A stretch of 61,495 nucleotides of DNA, the filler included, from Choristocarpus tenellus KU-1152 (lineage: Eukaryota > Protista > Phaeophyceae), in assembly GCA_964200185.2 (NCBI GenBank). It is 5 parts of 5 records of this genome, joined end to end, with 100 filler letters (N's around TTAATTAATTAA, not from the genome) between each part and the next. Parts side by side here need not be neighbours in the genome. Positions count along the whole stretch, not along the records: positions 12,148 to 41,288 come from CAXNAD020000113.1; positions 41,389 to 53,646 come from CAXNAD020001907.1; 3 more parts are not named here. The stretch is one strand, 5' to 3'. The translations under genes and the position numbers were made by a program. Below, one piece after another: positions 39,215-52,689 of this stretch. How positions within the stretch are numbered: the stretch's first letter is position 1; each line of letters begins with the position of its first letter. A model generated the notes under the pieces. The model saw only the letters and a list, made by a program, of their open reading frames with translations. It was not told where the DNA came from and searched no databases.

Positions 39215-42200
39215 TGTCCTGTCGTTCTATTCGGTGTAGTTTGAAAAATCTCTCTGTTGCCACAGTAGACAGCACAACACAGGTACAACTCTACTCTAGA
39301 TCGAGTGAATGCACAGTAGTAGTGCTAGGATTCGTAGTTCATGTGGCCATTTCCTTTTGTATCCCAATCCTGGACATACCAAGAGCGATCACCTGATGAA
39401 AGGAGCCAGCCGTGAGGGCTCTGTGCTGCGAGGTACGGATACCGTCATGGGTACTGCCACATCGCATCTTCTCCATCGACATGCTCTGACGGAACAATCC
39501 CCCAGGAGCGCTACAGGCAAGTCAAACACCCGAGACAATCCCTACACACTCCACTACCATCATCCCATGGGTGTTATGCATACTCCACTGACGATGCATT
39601 TGGGGGATCGGAATGGGATGTGATCCATAACCATGTGGTGGACGATGCAGTTGTTTGAGGTTTAAGGTTTGTTTGATATGTACAAATGCCACCCATATGG
39701 GGAGAAAAATGATGTTCGGGGAGGGGAGGGGAGGTGGAAGAGTTTGTGTGCTTTGATTTCTTCTCTACTTCTTTCTCTGCATGTATGTGGGCATTTCTCT
39801 ACTCCTGTCTGTACAGTAAACTTGAAGACTTTGGTCAGTTAATTGTTCTTTTGTGCGGTTTTAGATAAGTATCTGTTCGTAGGCTAGAAATCATTTGTTG
39901 GTTGAAGAGAGTTTGGTGGGGTAAATTTGGTGCTAGGTACCGTTTTTGAGGTTGTGGGCAAAGGGAGACTTTTCATTTTTTTCTTAGAGTTTTGTACAGG
40001 TTGTCGATATATCAAGAGGCCCATTTCAAGGCTGTTCCATTTATAAACTACACATTTGTTGATATTGCTTTCCTAGTGTACATTTTGTGAAGGATGTGGG
40101 GAGGGTGCCATTTTTGGTCTCATTGGTATCATTTTTGCCCTTTTACTTTGTCTGATGCAGTGAGGACAGCCACCCTTCCCCGTCTGGATCGTGACCTGAG
40201 ATCATTTCGTGGTCAAGAAGTATACGTTTAGTACAACCAGATATGTTGCTGCTACTACTACTACTACTGCACCTACGCACGGTGATGCTCTGACGTCAAC
40301 TCTCGTCTGAATCTGGCAACAAATCAAAATTTGTCATGTGTATGCTGAATAGTGCACACACACATTACCTCTTTACATCTTGCACACCCTTCTTACAGTG
40401 CGACAACCACTCTTGCACACCTTGACTTGTGGAAGTCCTACATGAGGAACTACAGACATTGCATCCACGGCAACCAACAATGTCAATCGTTTTGTCAATG
40501 CGCATATATGCACACACTCCAGCAATTGGTTATTAGTTACAACAACTGTACAGTGGACACAGGTATTAATAGTATCGATTCAAGCATTTAAGAGGGTAGG
40601 GCCATGTACGTTCGGGATCATACCTGCAATGTTGCGATTTTGACTAATTTTGGCTGTCGTGTTTCTTCCCAAGTGTCAATATCCTTGCTCCAGACACACC
40701 TTCTTTCTCTCGTAGTCGTATACGTATTAGGTAACTGTTTTTACACAGAAAATCATTGAAAGGCATAAAAAACCCGTGGGACGTCAAGCCCCGAAGGGAC
40801 AAACAGGGCAAAACTCCTGCCCAAACTCCTGCTTCCAAGGTAAACAATATTGTGATTCCGCTTGAGCTCCGACCAGAAGCACAATTTTTCATTTTGTGTA
40901 TGGTATCATGTTGGGAGGTTGAAGGCACATAGTATCTATCTTCAGGTCAGACACTGTTATTAGTTACAATGTTCTACCGATGATGGCTATATCCACTCTC
41001 GAACAGTATGTTTGCAACTTCAGCATAGGAGACCACGCCCCACAGATGCCACTCAAGTGTCAGCCTAATCTCTCTTGCCCATCCTCCGTTGACCTGGGTG
41101 TCTCGGCTCCCTTGATAACAACCATGCCGTTGGGAGACTACTACTATTATTGTTGTAACGTTTGTTTTGGAAGGTATCCCCTTATTATGTGGAAGTTGAT
41201 ACCTTCTATTTTATATTATTTATATTGTTATGCCCTCTGACATTTTGCAGATGTGTCAGGGGGAAACCAATGAAAACTATTTACGTATNNNNNNNNNNNN
41301 NNNNNNNNNNNNNNNNNNNNNNNNNNNNNNNNTTAATTAATTAANNNNNNNNNNNNNNNNNNNNNNNNNNNNNNNNNNNNNNNNNNNNTGTATGTACATA
41401 CTGTATAATACAATATGTAGTGTACCGGCTCCCCCCTGGGGGGTCCGTCTGTCTTTATACCCTTGGCTTGGTCAAGGTCGCTTCCAAATCGTGGCAGTGC
41501 CCTCCACAAAGCACCGAAATGTTTTTGAAAAAATATATATATCCAATTCAAAAAGGGGCCCTTAAGAAGTGCCGCAACATTTAAAAACATATGGGCACTT
41601 TCCGCACACCATTTTGGGTCAAACCCATCCTTCATAGTATGCTCCATCCTCAATTTTGGTGAGAGGCTGTTCACTGTAAGACGAAAATGTTACCTACTTT
41701 GTCAAACAAATGTAGACTACAAGCTGCAATTCCTCTTTCTGCAATGGTGCAAAACGACATTTTTTTTACCGTTCTCGATATTCTTAAAATAGAACACCCT
41801 GCATTTCTCACAACTGGTGTAGCTAAAAGTTTCTATCTGCAATAATTGTACCAAATTGCGTCATCATGCCCTTTCTAGGGGTCCTTATAATGCAACCCTG
41901 CCTACCTCTCACGTTGGTTGGACTCATATAGCACAGCAAGTATTGTGTACTATCTTGGTTTTGAAGCAACAAAACATGTTAGCAAGACGGACAGAACTCA
42001 AACTAACTTTTTATTTTTCTGGAAAACCTCGAACAAGATCCACCTGGATTTGGGTCATCAAATTTAGTGTTAGGTATCATTTTTGCAAGACCATTAATAA
42101 CAAAATAACCAAACTACATTTCCCCTCAACACTACTCTTAGCTCCGCTGATGAAGAACTGATTAATGTGGCTCATCACTGTCTGTTTACCATCATTTTGA

Positions 42201-42732
42201 GAAACCCACCAAAAAAAACCTAAAGAGAATCACAGGAGAAAAACGAGGGAGGAGGCAGCGTGTGTGTCCCATGCTCATCCCTGTCTTCACAGGAAATCAT
42301 TGGCTTGTTGGAATCAAATGTGTATACACTTCTAAACTATCTGATAAATATAAACGGCCATGAACCTGTGGCCGCTTCATAGATGAACAAGCAATTCATA
42401 CAACTGTAATATATTCTTGACCAAAAAACATAGTCCAACGTACAGTTCTAACCGATGTATCAGGTGTCATTTTTGACAAAGGGGAACTAACACATGGACC
42501 CTCATACATGACAAATCGTCCTCAATCATGACTTCCACGCGTCTAACTTCCTACATTCTTGGTTTAGGGATAGACACGTATCCATCATATATACAAGCAT
42601 CTAAACACCTTGAGGTTATGCTGTATGTTACATGATGAAACCTCTGTGGGCAACATTAGACCACAGATTGTCAGATCAACACAAGGAGGACCATTGACTA
42701 AGCGAGGTTCAACGTTTCTGATTGTTGGGCCA

Positions 42733-43115
42733 TGTGTACTATTTAAGAGTGGTAAGAGTGGGATGTCCTATTGTATTGTGTCTCAACACAACATCACCGG
42801 ACTTTTGTCTCATCAAAACATTATGCCAAAGGAAGCGCTGGTAGCAAAAAGTAAGCCTCCCTCTGGAACTACATTTATCATCTTGGACAGCTTTGAGCTC
42901 GAAACTATCAACATGAGGACGTTACGATTTCCTATAGACATTCCCATACTGATGGCTTCGAGCTGAAGGCTGTCCATGATGATCAATTTTGTTCCAGTAG
43001 GAGGCTGATGTCTGGCTATCTGCGCTTCTTATGGCGTGATCTTGATGTAGACAATGATCAGTTTATGTCGAAACACGATAAATAGATACATTTCACGATG
43101 TAGTAGTGGTATATA
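42733..43115 (+). ncRNA. Long imperfect hairpin, candidate pre-miRNA / hairpin RNA
   Basis: Arms of ~160 bp (42758-~42918 and ~42941-43096) are reverse-complementary with regular mismatches. The basal extension TGTGTACTATT/AGTGGTATATA pairs fully only with G:U wobbles on the + strand. Confidence 0.45.
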
Positions 43116-43422
43116 CAATAAAAATAATTACTGTTGTACTACCAACATTCAGAGTTCTTGAACCTGGTCCATCAAATGGTCATTGTCTGGCTCTGGCAAT
43201 TCTGTGGTCTCATGTTGCCCACAGATACACGTTCATGTTCAATCACAATGGACCAAGGTACAGGATGTCACATGAGATTAGGAATACACCCTCAATCTGG
43301 TTCAGGTCAACTTCATTCCTGCAAATGGCACAAAATAGATAATGGGAAAAACGAAAAAACTGGTCAAAGATACATCAGAATCGTTGGAAGGTCTAAGCTT
43401 CCACCAGGGGCAAAGAAATAGT

Positions 43423-43602
43423 GGCTCAAAGTATCTGGGAGGGTGTGGGTAGCTGTCCATTTGGGGCCAATTTTTTCATGTTACGATTTTTGGGTGATTT
43501 GGTTCCTTAAGTCAGATGGATAATGAAAGTGCACTTTTCCTGGGTTTGGCCCAAATGGACACCCTGGTGTAGACCCCCCCCCTCCCTCAGATACTTTGGA
43601 TC
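43423..43602. mobile_element. MITE family A, full copy
   Basis: GGCTCAAAGTATCTGGG...CTCAGATACTTTGGATC; internal sequence matches the other copies. Confidence 0.85.
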
Positions 43603-45041
43603 ATAAGTGTAGGAGTGAAAAATTACCTGAGGAAAGCACATCTGTCGCAATGCCCATCTCCTACACTTATGATTCAAAAATTGACCCAACACCACAACAG
43701 ACAAATGTAAAATACATTCCCTTTTCAATATAAACTCCCCTCAGTGACAGGAGGCTACATGACAGATGTGGACCACTAATAAAAATAAATATTGATCATT
43801 TCCCCCCTGGCAATTGCTTCATTAATGACCTTCTATGAGGGCCAATGTGGGCAACATAGAAGGGTAAAGGTAGAAACTGGCGGTGATCACCTCTCTGTAC
43901 CTACCTTAGGAAATACAACCACTTTGACACAACTGTGCAGCACACATGTAGAACTCGCAGTCCTATCCAAGGAAGAAACCTACAGGCTTTACATCATTCA
44001 TTATGGACAAATCACTTTTCTTTTTAGTGGAATCATGAATGGGAGGAGTACAAAATCATTCCATCAATTGAAAATAGAACATGGTTGGAGGAATGTATGA
44101 GAGCATCAACAATGGACACAAGCTGTATGTACAATCTCGAGTCTAAACCAAATATAGATTGTCCCTTAATAGAGAGTAAAAACATATTAAATTTACCCTT
44201 GACAAGCTCCCTCATCACTGAGGTGAAAAATCTCCCCTTTTATGTAACAACAAAAAAAATGACTTGAACTTGTCTATCAAATTAAACTAAAATTGAAGAG
44301 TAACGTTGTCATAGAACACTTAAAATGGCTAATCTAATCACACCCCTTAATCCAATTCAAAGCTTGAGTTTCAACTAATATGACCGATGCAATACTATCA
44401 ACCTCTATACTCAAAAGAGGTTGATACTCAAAAAGAAAAAACATAATCTATCGTCAAACCCAACAAAGCTCAACTTCATTGGGCAGACAAGATCTGAGCA
44501 AACTGTGTGGTATTGCCTGTCCTGGTAAGGGTCACACAACTACAACCTATACATCACTACACCCCTCCATAATCAAAAGAAGCAACAGAATTTCTCCAAT
44601 GCCATGAACCAGATAGGTAGGCGTATAGCAGAGGACAGACTGCATATGAGCCTCCAGAAAGTCAATGTGGGAAATGCTTACATCAAAACTCCACTAATTA
44701 GAGCATGTAACAGGCATTAAAATCATACTAAACCGAGAGTGGTTGATGTGAGGGACACAACTATATAAATCTTCAACATACCACAATAATCCATAATTCA
44801 CACCAGCCACAACAAAAAAGAGTTAACCCTAACTGAAGGTACCAAATAAAATGACCTACTTTACAGTGCCAGTTTTGCGTTTTGCGCATGTACTTGCCTA
44901 CATTGACAGGGTCTACCAATCCATAAATGGCAACACAGTTTCCTATCCACAATGAAGAGGTCCAACTCATCCCACAGTCCACTTAACACAGGAGATTCTA
45001 GCCACTTTGAAACAAGTACTGTAGGGCTGGATTAACCCTTA

Positions 45042-48000
45042 TCATTTATCAGCCTCATAGTAACAAATGATGGCCTCCAGACCACCTCCCACCACACTGA
45101 CTGGTGGGCTCTTCCATGGATTGACGGACCCTTGAAAACCTTGCAGGTTACTGCATGTGGACAAAGCCTGCGCTGCTTCCTTTGAAAAATCTGATGAGAT
45201 GTGTCATGTAAGTGAGATGTGCCATGCAAGAAAAATAACCAACAGGAAGATGAGTTCAGTTAATAAATTAAATCTACCTATTGTAAGTTTGTCAAGTGTT
45301 GAATCAAGTACCCTAACCCTAGCACTAATGCAACAAATACATTCATGAAAATTATATCCAACTACGAACAAAATTGTGACAAACAATATAAGAAAAAACA
45401 ACACAAGAAAATACAAGAAAATGCCTCAAACCTTCCTTGGTACATGCACAGTCACACTGGGAACAGAAAGTAATTCCTCTAGCTACATACACTACAGCAA
45501 CTCCTATGCTTGACCTGATTGTACAACCTGCACACTTCTCCTCATCACAGTAGTCAGCTCTAGATAAATATGTTAATGCCAATACAAAAACGCCTCATAT
45601 TTGTAACACTTTGTATGTCGGAACTCTTGGACAGCAAAGTTATGTACCATGTTACTGCCGTGTTCTCAAAATAGGACGAGCAAGTCATTTCTGTAACATT
45701 AACTAAGAAATATAGAGAAAAAGGATGAGATGATCAACACATTTATTTATTAAACTAACATGGTGAAAAAGAAATTCTATCAAAAATATCACTCACCACT
45801 GAGCTGATTCTCAAAAAAGCTCAGGCTCACCAGCCTCCCAAGATTTCCCAGCTCAGGAGGAATACTCCCTGTTGCAAGGAACAGGGTGTAGGTACATAAA
45901 TTATTCAAATTCAGCAGTAGACAAATAAATGTGCAATAAAAATAGCATGCACAAAAGAAATCAATGCTAACCAATGACCACATGTCATGGGTCCTTTCTA
46001 GGCACAGTCTGTCAAGCAATATTGATCTACTCCGCACATCCTTAACAGAACTAGAAACAAGTCATTCTGAACAGGGCAGTCAGTTACAGGTTGGAAAAAA
46101 AATCTTTACCGGTACTTGAAACGACATATCAGCAACCACAAAGGTCATAGCACTATCAACATTATTATGTGTATTGAAAAAAAGGGAAGAACATTCTCTC
46201 TACATCAGCATTGTGAAAAATTCACGAGGCTACAGATGAGAAAGCTCACATACTGTAGAGTGGGCATGCAGGCAATCAAACATGTCCAATACTTTGAGTG
46301 GAAAAAAGGTTGAAAAACTGTACAAAAAAACAATACAAAAAAAATTACCTACCAGTGAGAACATTGTAGGAGAGGTTTAGCTCAACCAGCTTGTCCAGAT
46401 TTCCCAGCTCAGCAGGGATGCCACCTATAAAAAAGTTCCACAAGAGGCAAAAAATAGTGTCACAGATACCTAAGCACGCAGATATGAAACTGCTCACATA
46501 ACAGAATGAGCTCTTCTACAGTTCGTAAGCACTGAGCAGTACATTGGCGGATGTAGTCTGATTAATATAGACAGAACAGAGATAAGGTAAGAGAACAGAT
46601 GTCAAAAATGCACAAAAATATGATACATAAGTTTAGATAAAGTCATTTGCTTCATCTTAACATGTAAAACATTGATACTCTTGCTTAGCGCAGTAGTCAG
46701 GTAGGGGTACAATGTAGTATGAACTCCTAGTATTTTAACTACTTCACAGCAAACTGGTCTGCATGTTGTTCGTGTTAAGAGTTGAAAGCGGAAGATTACA
46801 TTACATCACTTCTGTCAAAAATAAAAGTGAATAATGAAAATTGGTTGGAGACAAGAGTACTCAGGCATTCAACAGCGCCCAGGAAATAAAATTCGTCAAT
46901 CACTGTGGACAATGGGAAGGAAAAAGTTTAAAAATATTGTGAAACCTTCAACTCACCACTCAGCTTATTGTAAGAGAGGTTTAGCTCAACCAGGCAAGCC
47001 AGGTTCCCCAGTTCAGCAGAAATACTCCCTGCAAACAATCGTGTTGAGTTACATTGAGTTAAATGTTAAAGTTCAACCATGATCAACAATCAAATGTGCA
47101 ATGGTGTAAACATAGAAAAAAGGATACCAAGTTTGTTTTCATGACCAAAAATTCATTTTAAAAATGTAAATATTGAAGTCACATCCAGAAGACCAAACAC
47201 ACAACTTACATAATCTTGCATATCAAAGGGGCCAGGTACAAAATATGGATCATGCGTAGTACTTTATAATTGTTTACCTTTGAGTTTTACGCCAAAGCTG
47301 TTGTACAGCAAACCTATCAATTTATACATGATGTTTATATGGAGAATCAACATCTGACCAGGTGCAAATGCGAAAAGTTCACTAGTAGTAGATAGAACAT
47401 GCAGGCAATTAAATGTAGTTTGCAGCGTGTGTGGAAAGTCCAGAAAAAAACATGAAAAACAAATGCGCATGTACTTTTCAACTCACCGCTGAGCTTATTG
47501 AAGGAGAGGTTTAGCTCAACCAGGCTGCCCAGGTTGCCCAGCTCAGCAGGAATACTCCCTGTAACAGAATCAAGTTCAGTTGCAGGCATGAAAAGATGTG
47601 TGCAAACACAGAATCCTTCTTCAATATAGTGAGGAGAGTGATTTAATCAAAAAAATATACAGCTTGTATACTCCAGCTGAACTGCAGGGGTCATCTACAG
47701 ATTCACAAAAAGGGTCCTGCATGTTGCTGGCCTGTAAACACCGAAGTCAAATATTTGGACAGAAATCCGACTACATGTTACCAATTTGAAGAAAAAAGGC
47801 ACACTACGTCATTTATACATTAGCACGGTAAGAAAATGTGTGAGAATCCTAACCCTAACCCTAACCCTAACCCATACATAAACCCATACATAATGCAGCA
47901 AGCAGGAAACCAATTCTGTTAGGCACTTTGACTGTGTAAAACAAAATTACAAAATTACCCACCATTAAGCATATTGTTGAAGAGCTGTAACTTAGCCAGG

Positions 48001-51000
48001 CTACCCAGGTTGCCTAGCCCACCAGGAATATCTCCTGTTAGGAATCAAGTGGAGTTGCTGCATCATTAACATGTGCAGTTGCCAAAACATCGACAAAGAA
48101 GACCAACTGCGTTTCTAGATATACTAGTTCAATACTTGCTGGGTGTTGACTGAATATTCAAAAAAGTAGATAAACAAACTATCTTTAAAGAAGGAAGAAA
48201 CAACTGTTTTGAACATATTATGGTTGAAACCACCTGAAGAAACGATTTGACTTTGGTCCTTTTGAGGTATATTAACTTTTAAAATCTTGTACATTGCAGA
48301 CCATGCTCATGCCTGAAAAACAGTGGAGTCCCAGAGAATGCTTTCAACACATTATAGGCTGTTCTCATTATTTACATGCAGTTATATATCTTAAGTACAG
48401 TTGGATCCCAGAGAATGCCTACTTCTAACACATGGTTCACCAAAGTGAACTATTCTACTTTAAACACATGTACCCAACGGGCAAAAAATCTAAGAATTTT
48501 TTCATTTTGCATAATTCCCCTTGCTTTACAGTGACTCCTCTTGCTCTAAAGCAATACAAACAAAATGAAAAATTCATTGTTGTGGTTCAAAGTAAGCTGG
48601 CGGCGTATCAAATGTACCCAACTATTCTCAAACAGAAAGTTACATTGCACAGAGCTTGACAACCGAAATGTGACCCTTTGTGGCAGCACTAACTCATCTA
48701 AGCCACTGCCGCATGTAACAAAGGAGTCACTAATAGAGATTTTAAAAAAATTGACCTAACACATTTAAGCAAACACATAGCACATGGAAGGATAGAGTGG
48801 ACACATGAGACACACACATGTTTCACAACATGCACTGCAGACAACGTCAGAAGAATAGCAAAGATACAAACAACACTTAACAATGCTACTTACCACAGAG
48901 TTTGTTCCTACCGAGATTTAGAGTTTGAACATCACGTAGATTTTCCACTGTGGCAGGCATCCTCCCTGTAGGTTAATATGAATTCAAATCATCAGTAAGA
49001 AACAGTCAAATAAATCAAGGTGTGCGCAAAACTTGCACACTCCACAGTCAAGCAAGCACATCATAAGCAAAAAACTGTTATTATTCTAACTATACAGTCA
49101 AGCAAGTGATACTATCCTAGAGAATCCACACATGAGATGTAACAACAGAAAGGTTTGCCTTACAAATAACTCTACGCCTTACAAATACTCTAAGCACACC
49201 AAACCAAGATTGAAAGCAAAGTGTAGGAGTGTTTGAAGTAATTAGACTTCCAAGGCATACACACATAAAGCTCGACAATTCCACATTGTAGTGTCTGCTT
49301 GTTGTTATGGCATAGGAAATAGATCGAATATTCTCAACAATTCCACACTTTGTTTCATCATCACATCCTGCAAATGTAATAAAATAAATAAAAAATAGAT
49401 CGAATATTCAACACATCCACACTTTGTTTCATCGTCACATCCTACAAAAGTAATAAAATAAAAAGGAAATAGATCGAATATTCAACACATCCACACTTTG
49501 TTTCATCGTCACATCCTACAAAAGTAATAAAATAAAAAGCACCACTCTGAACACCCTCCTGGTGTGGAAACTTCACTCAAAGCTCTCAATACAGTTGGAT
49601 TGGATTCCTTAACTACAGAGTCTTAGCACTTCATTTGATTCAATTCAATTCGATTGGATTTGATTAGATTCGATTTGCTTTGATTAGAGAACAAGTGGAT
49701 TCCGAGCATCTGGCAAATGAACAATGATTTGGTGACTTCAACCTGGTACCACACACATGCCTGGTTCAAACATCATTTAGGAGAACCTTCACTTGTTCAG
49801 GGACAAAACATACCCTCAAGATTGTTGTTGGGTAGTGTGATACCAATCACACTACCTTCTACATCGACTGTGACACCGTTCCATATGCTCAATTCCTCCT
49901 TGTTTGAATCCCAGCCGACACTACAGTGCCATATCTTCCCACTGGTAGCGGCATAGAGGCTGAGGAGAACAATACGTTGGACATCTGTCACCAACAACAA
50001 AAGAATACAAGCGGCAAATAGAAAATCAAGGATGATGGGCTGTTGCTGTAGTAACTTTTGATTCATGTATATAATAATAAATTTTCAAGATAGTAAACAG
50101 TACTGTGCTAATCTAAACAGAGTGTATTTGCCATTTATAAATTAGTGCTTCTCCATTGTCCCATGATACCTAGGCGGCCCTTCTGCCACAAGCTTATTGC
50201 TCTTGAATATAATACTAGGAGCATATAATGCAGGTGTTGGTGCACTAACCTAGTGTGTCAAACAAATAAACTACACCTTAGACTGATACCAGGACATGGA
50301 GGGAAGTAGTATCCTTCATAACCCACACATGCACAAATCCCTCACTGCTTATCTCTTACACAGAAAAAAGGGACCATAGATTCCTGGTGGTACTTCCATG
50401 CACCATCAGTAGACTGCTATTGACGTAAATGATTGCATCAGTCATTTCCTACACCATCACTGTGTCCACTGTCTGCCACAACACCTACTCCAAACATGGT
50501 ACCAAGCTACTATCACAACCACGTTTTCCATACAAGAGTATACAGAGACACCGTTGTACCACTACCTTGGGATATTTTTCTCCAAAACAAGAGACAAAAA
50601 AAACACCCGTACATGTTCAATGTTGCACAATTAAAAACATGCTTGTGATTTCAACAAATAGCATCGTAAAGATCAGCATAGCGTATGCCCTCGAACTTTA
50701 GATGGTGTTACGGTTTTTTACACCGAAATTTTCAGTTACACACTCTCTATGACAATTGACTCAAAGCAAGTACGATCCATAGTAAAAAATAAGAAAATAC
50801 TTAAATATTAGAGTTGGCACTGTTGGTATCATCAAGAAAATCAGTTCAACTTTGGCATGTGCCCAACTCGTGTGCTATGCACTCATGTTAAAACATACTA
50901 AATGACCCATGCACAATGCAAAAAAGCATATCAAAACCAACTACTTTTCAATTCTCACATCATTGAGAAGGGGAAGGATATCGGTTTACATGATACAGAG

Positions 51001-52689
51001 CCACTATCGTTTACAAAGGACTTGAGCAGGATAGCTTCACAAAAATGACTGAAGATGAGACAGATCAACATCATGTCCAAATTACTTCCTTAAGCACAGA
51101 GAGTAACTGCTGAGGACTGCACCTACACAACTGGGTACCTATACAATAGGTACTCACCACCTCTCAAATTTTCCCCAAGGTCCAACCTAGCCAAGTTTGA
51201 CAGCTTCTGTAACGCACTAGGTACCTTCCCTGCAAGATTTTAAAATTTGGTCACAGGACATGTTGAGTATTGTCACATAAATTTATCACTTACATTATAC
51301 AGCTCATTCAGTGGATAAAGCATAAAAAATAAAATGACAATGGCAAGGCCTGGAAACAAATATAAAAATCTCAATGAGGTTGCCTGACTGTAAATCACAG
51401 CACTTTGGGACATGCACACTACCTCAATTGAAGGTTAAGTATTCTGATCAGTACACTTTGCAAAGAGGACAGGACAGCACAGTACCAACTTGAAACCTAT
51501 AGCACTCACCTGTTAGGAAATTTCCACCAAGGTCCAAACACATCAGGCTTGTCAAATCTTGGAGTGTTTGAGGTATGAATCCTGTGGGCAATTATATCAG
51601 GGCACATAGCCCACCAGATTTCATCAGATAAATATTCAGTTTTAAAAACTTGCAGGCGGTAAAGTACGAGGCAATCAAAATACAAGCAAAATATCAAAAT
51701 CATCCAAAGATCAGATCCGTGTTACCAAGCACTTAGGTCATCAGTTAGACCAGAGTACTAGACCTAAGTGCTAGTATGGCAAGAGATCCATAAAATGTCG
51801 TTCAGAACACAACATATTTATCATAATTTCATTGTTGATTGTCAATAGTGTTGCGACAGAATATCACAGGATCGTGAGGCGTGGAGATATATAACAAGGG
51901 TTCACTTGTGAAACTATATCATACACAAATGACCAGTACTAGTATATGTACATCTAAACGAGTAATATCATCAAAGAAACGTCAACTTCATCTTACAAGA
52001 ACCACATCCACAAAACGAATTGAGGGGTACATTTATGAACACGCCTCACACACTTTCAAACTATTGTGTCCAACATTACAAGCTTGGAATCCACTTGCAC
52101 CATCTATTCCAGTCGGGACCCGGTTTAGAATACATTCCCGTAAAAGATGGGAAAAACTGTCACTAGTTGATGTGTCTGTCCTACACGAGCAGTTAGTGCG
52201 AAATCGATACAATTTCTATCACTCCACGATACAGTAATAACTACAGCTATTTCATTTGAACAGCACACTGACATGCAAACCATACAAGAACCAGCCATTC
52301 AGAATTACGTACAGGATGAAATCATTTGTCAACTGCTGTAACAGTGATAAATCTTACCTCGGAGATTGTTCGAGCGGAGGTCGATTTGTATGACGCGCCC
52401 TCTGTTGTCGACATGGATGCCGTACCACGTGCTAAGGTCATCGGAGTTCGATAACCAGCCAGTACTATGACTCCATTTGTCTCCACCAGTTGCGGCATAG
52501 AGATCGCGGAGAATTCCTCGCTGCTTGACTGTCACCGCGAAGGGAAGGGCGACAAAACACGAAGAGGATACCAAACTTATCAGTTTGGGTTCTCTGCCCC
52601 CCACGTGTTCTGTGTGACTGAAAACCCACAAAAAGCAACGAACCTTTTGTGATATAAATTGATTCCAGGGTGCTCATCACCACGCCCAT
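45042..52689 (-). CDS. ROCO-type leucine-rich-repeat protein lacking Roc-COR (~370 aa if one gene)
   Basis: All introns are phase 1. Exons: 52689-52644; N-cap 52528-52358; LRRs 51581-51510 and 51229-51158; second N-cap 49984-49814; LRRs 48965-48894, 48034-47963, 47558-47487, 47028-46957, 46424-46353 and 45868-45797 (each 72 nt, GxIPxELGNLxxLxxLxLxxNxLx); last exon 45190-45042 ending NPWKSPPVSVVGGGLEAIICYYEADK*. Confidence 0.85.
49315..49539. repeat. Tandem repeat, ~75-bp unit x3, in an LRR-gene intron
   Basis: atagatcgaatattc...ccacactttgtttcatc.tcacatcct..aaa.gtaataaaataaa starting at 49319, 49395 and 49469. Confidence 0.9.

Noticed and set aside
51736-51771. 12-bp inverted repeat AGCACTTAGGTC/GACCTAAGTGCT in an LRR intron
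   Set aside because: Isolated short stem, not repeated at other LRR exons, so no support for a recombination or splicing signal.
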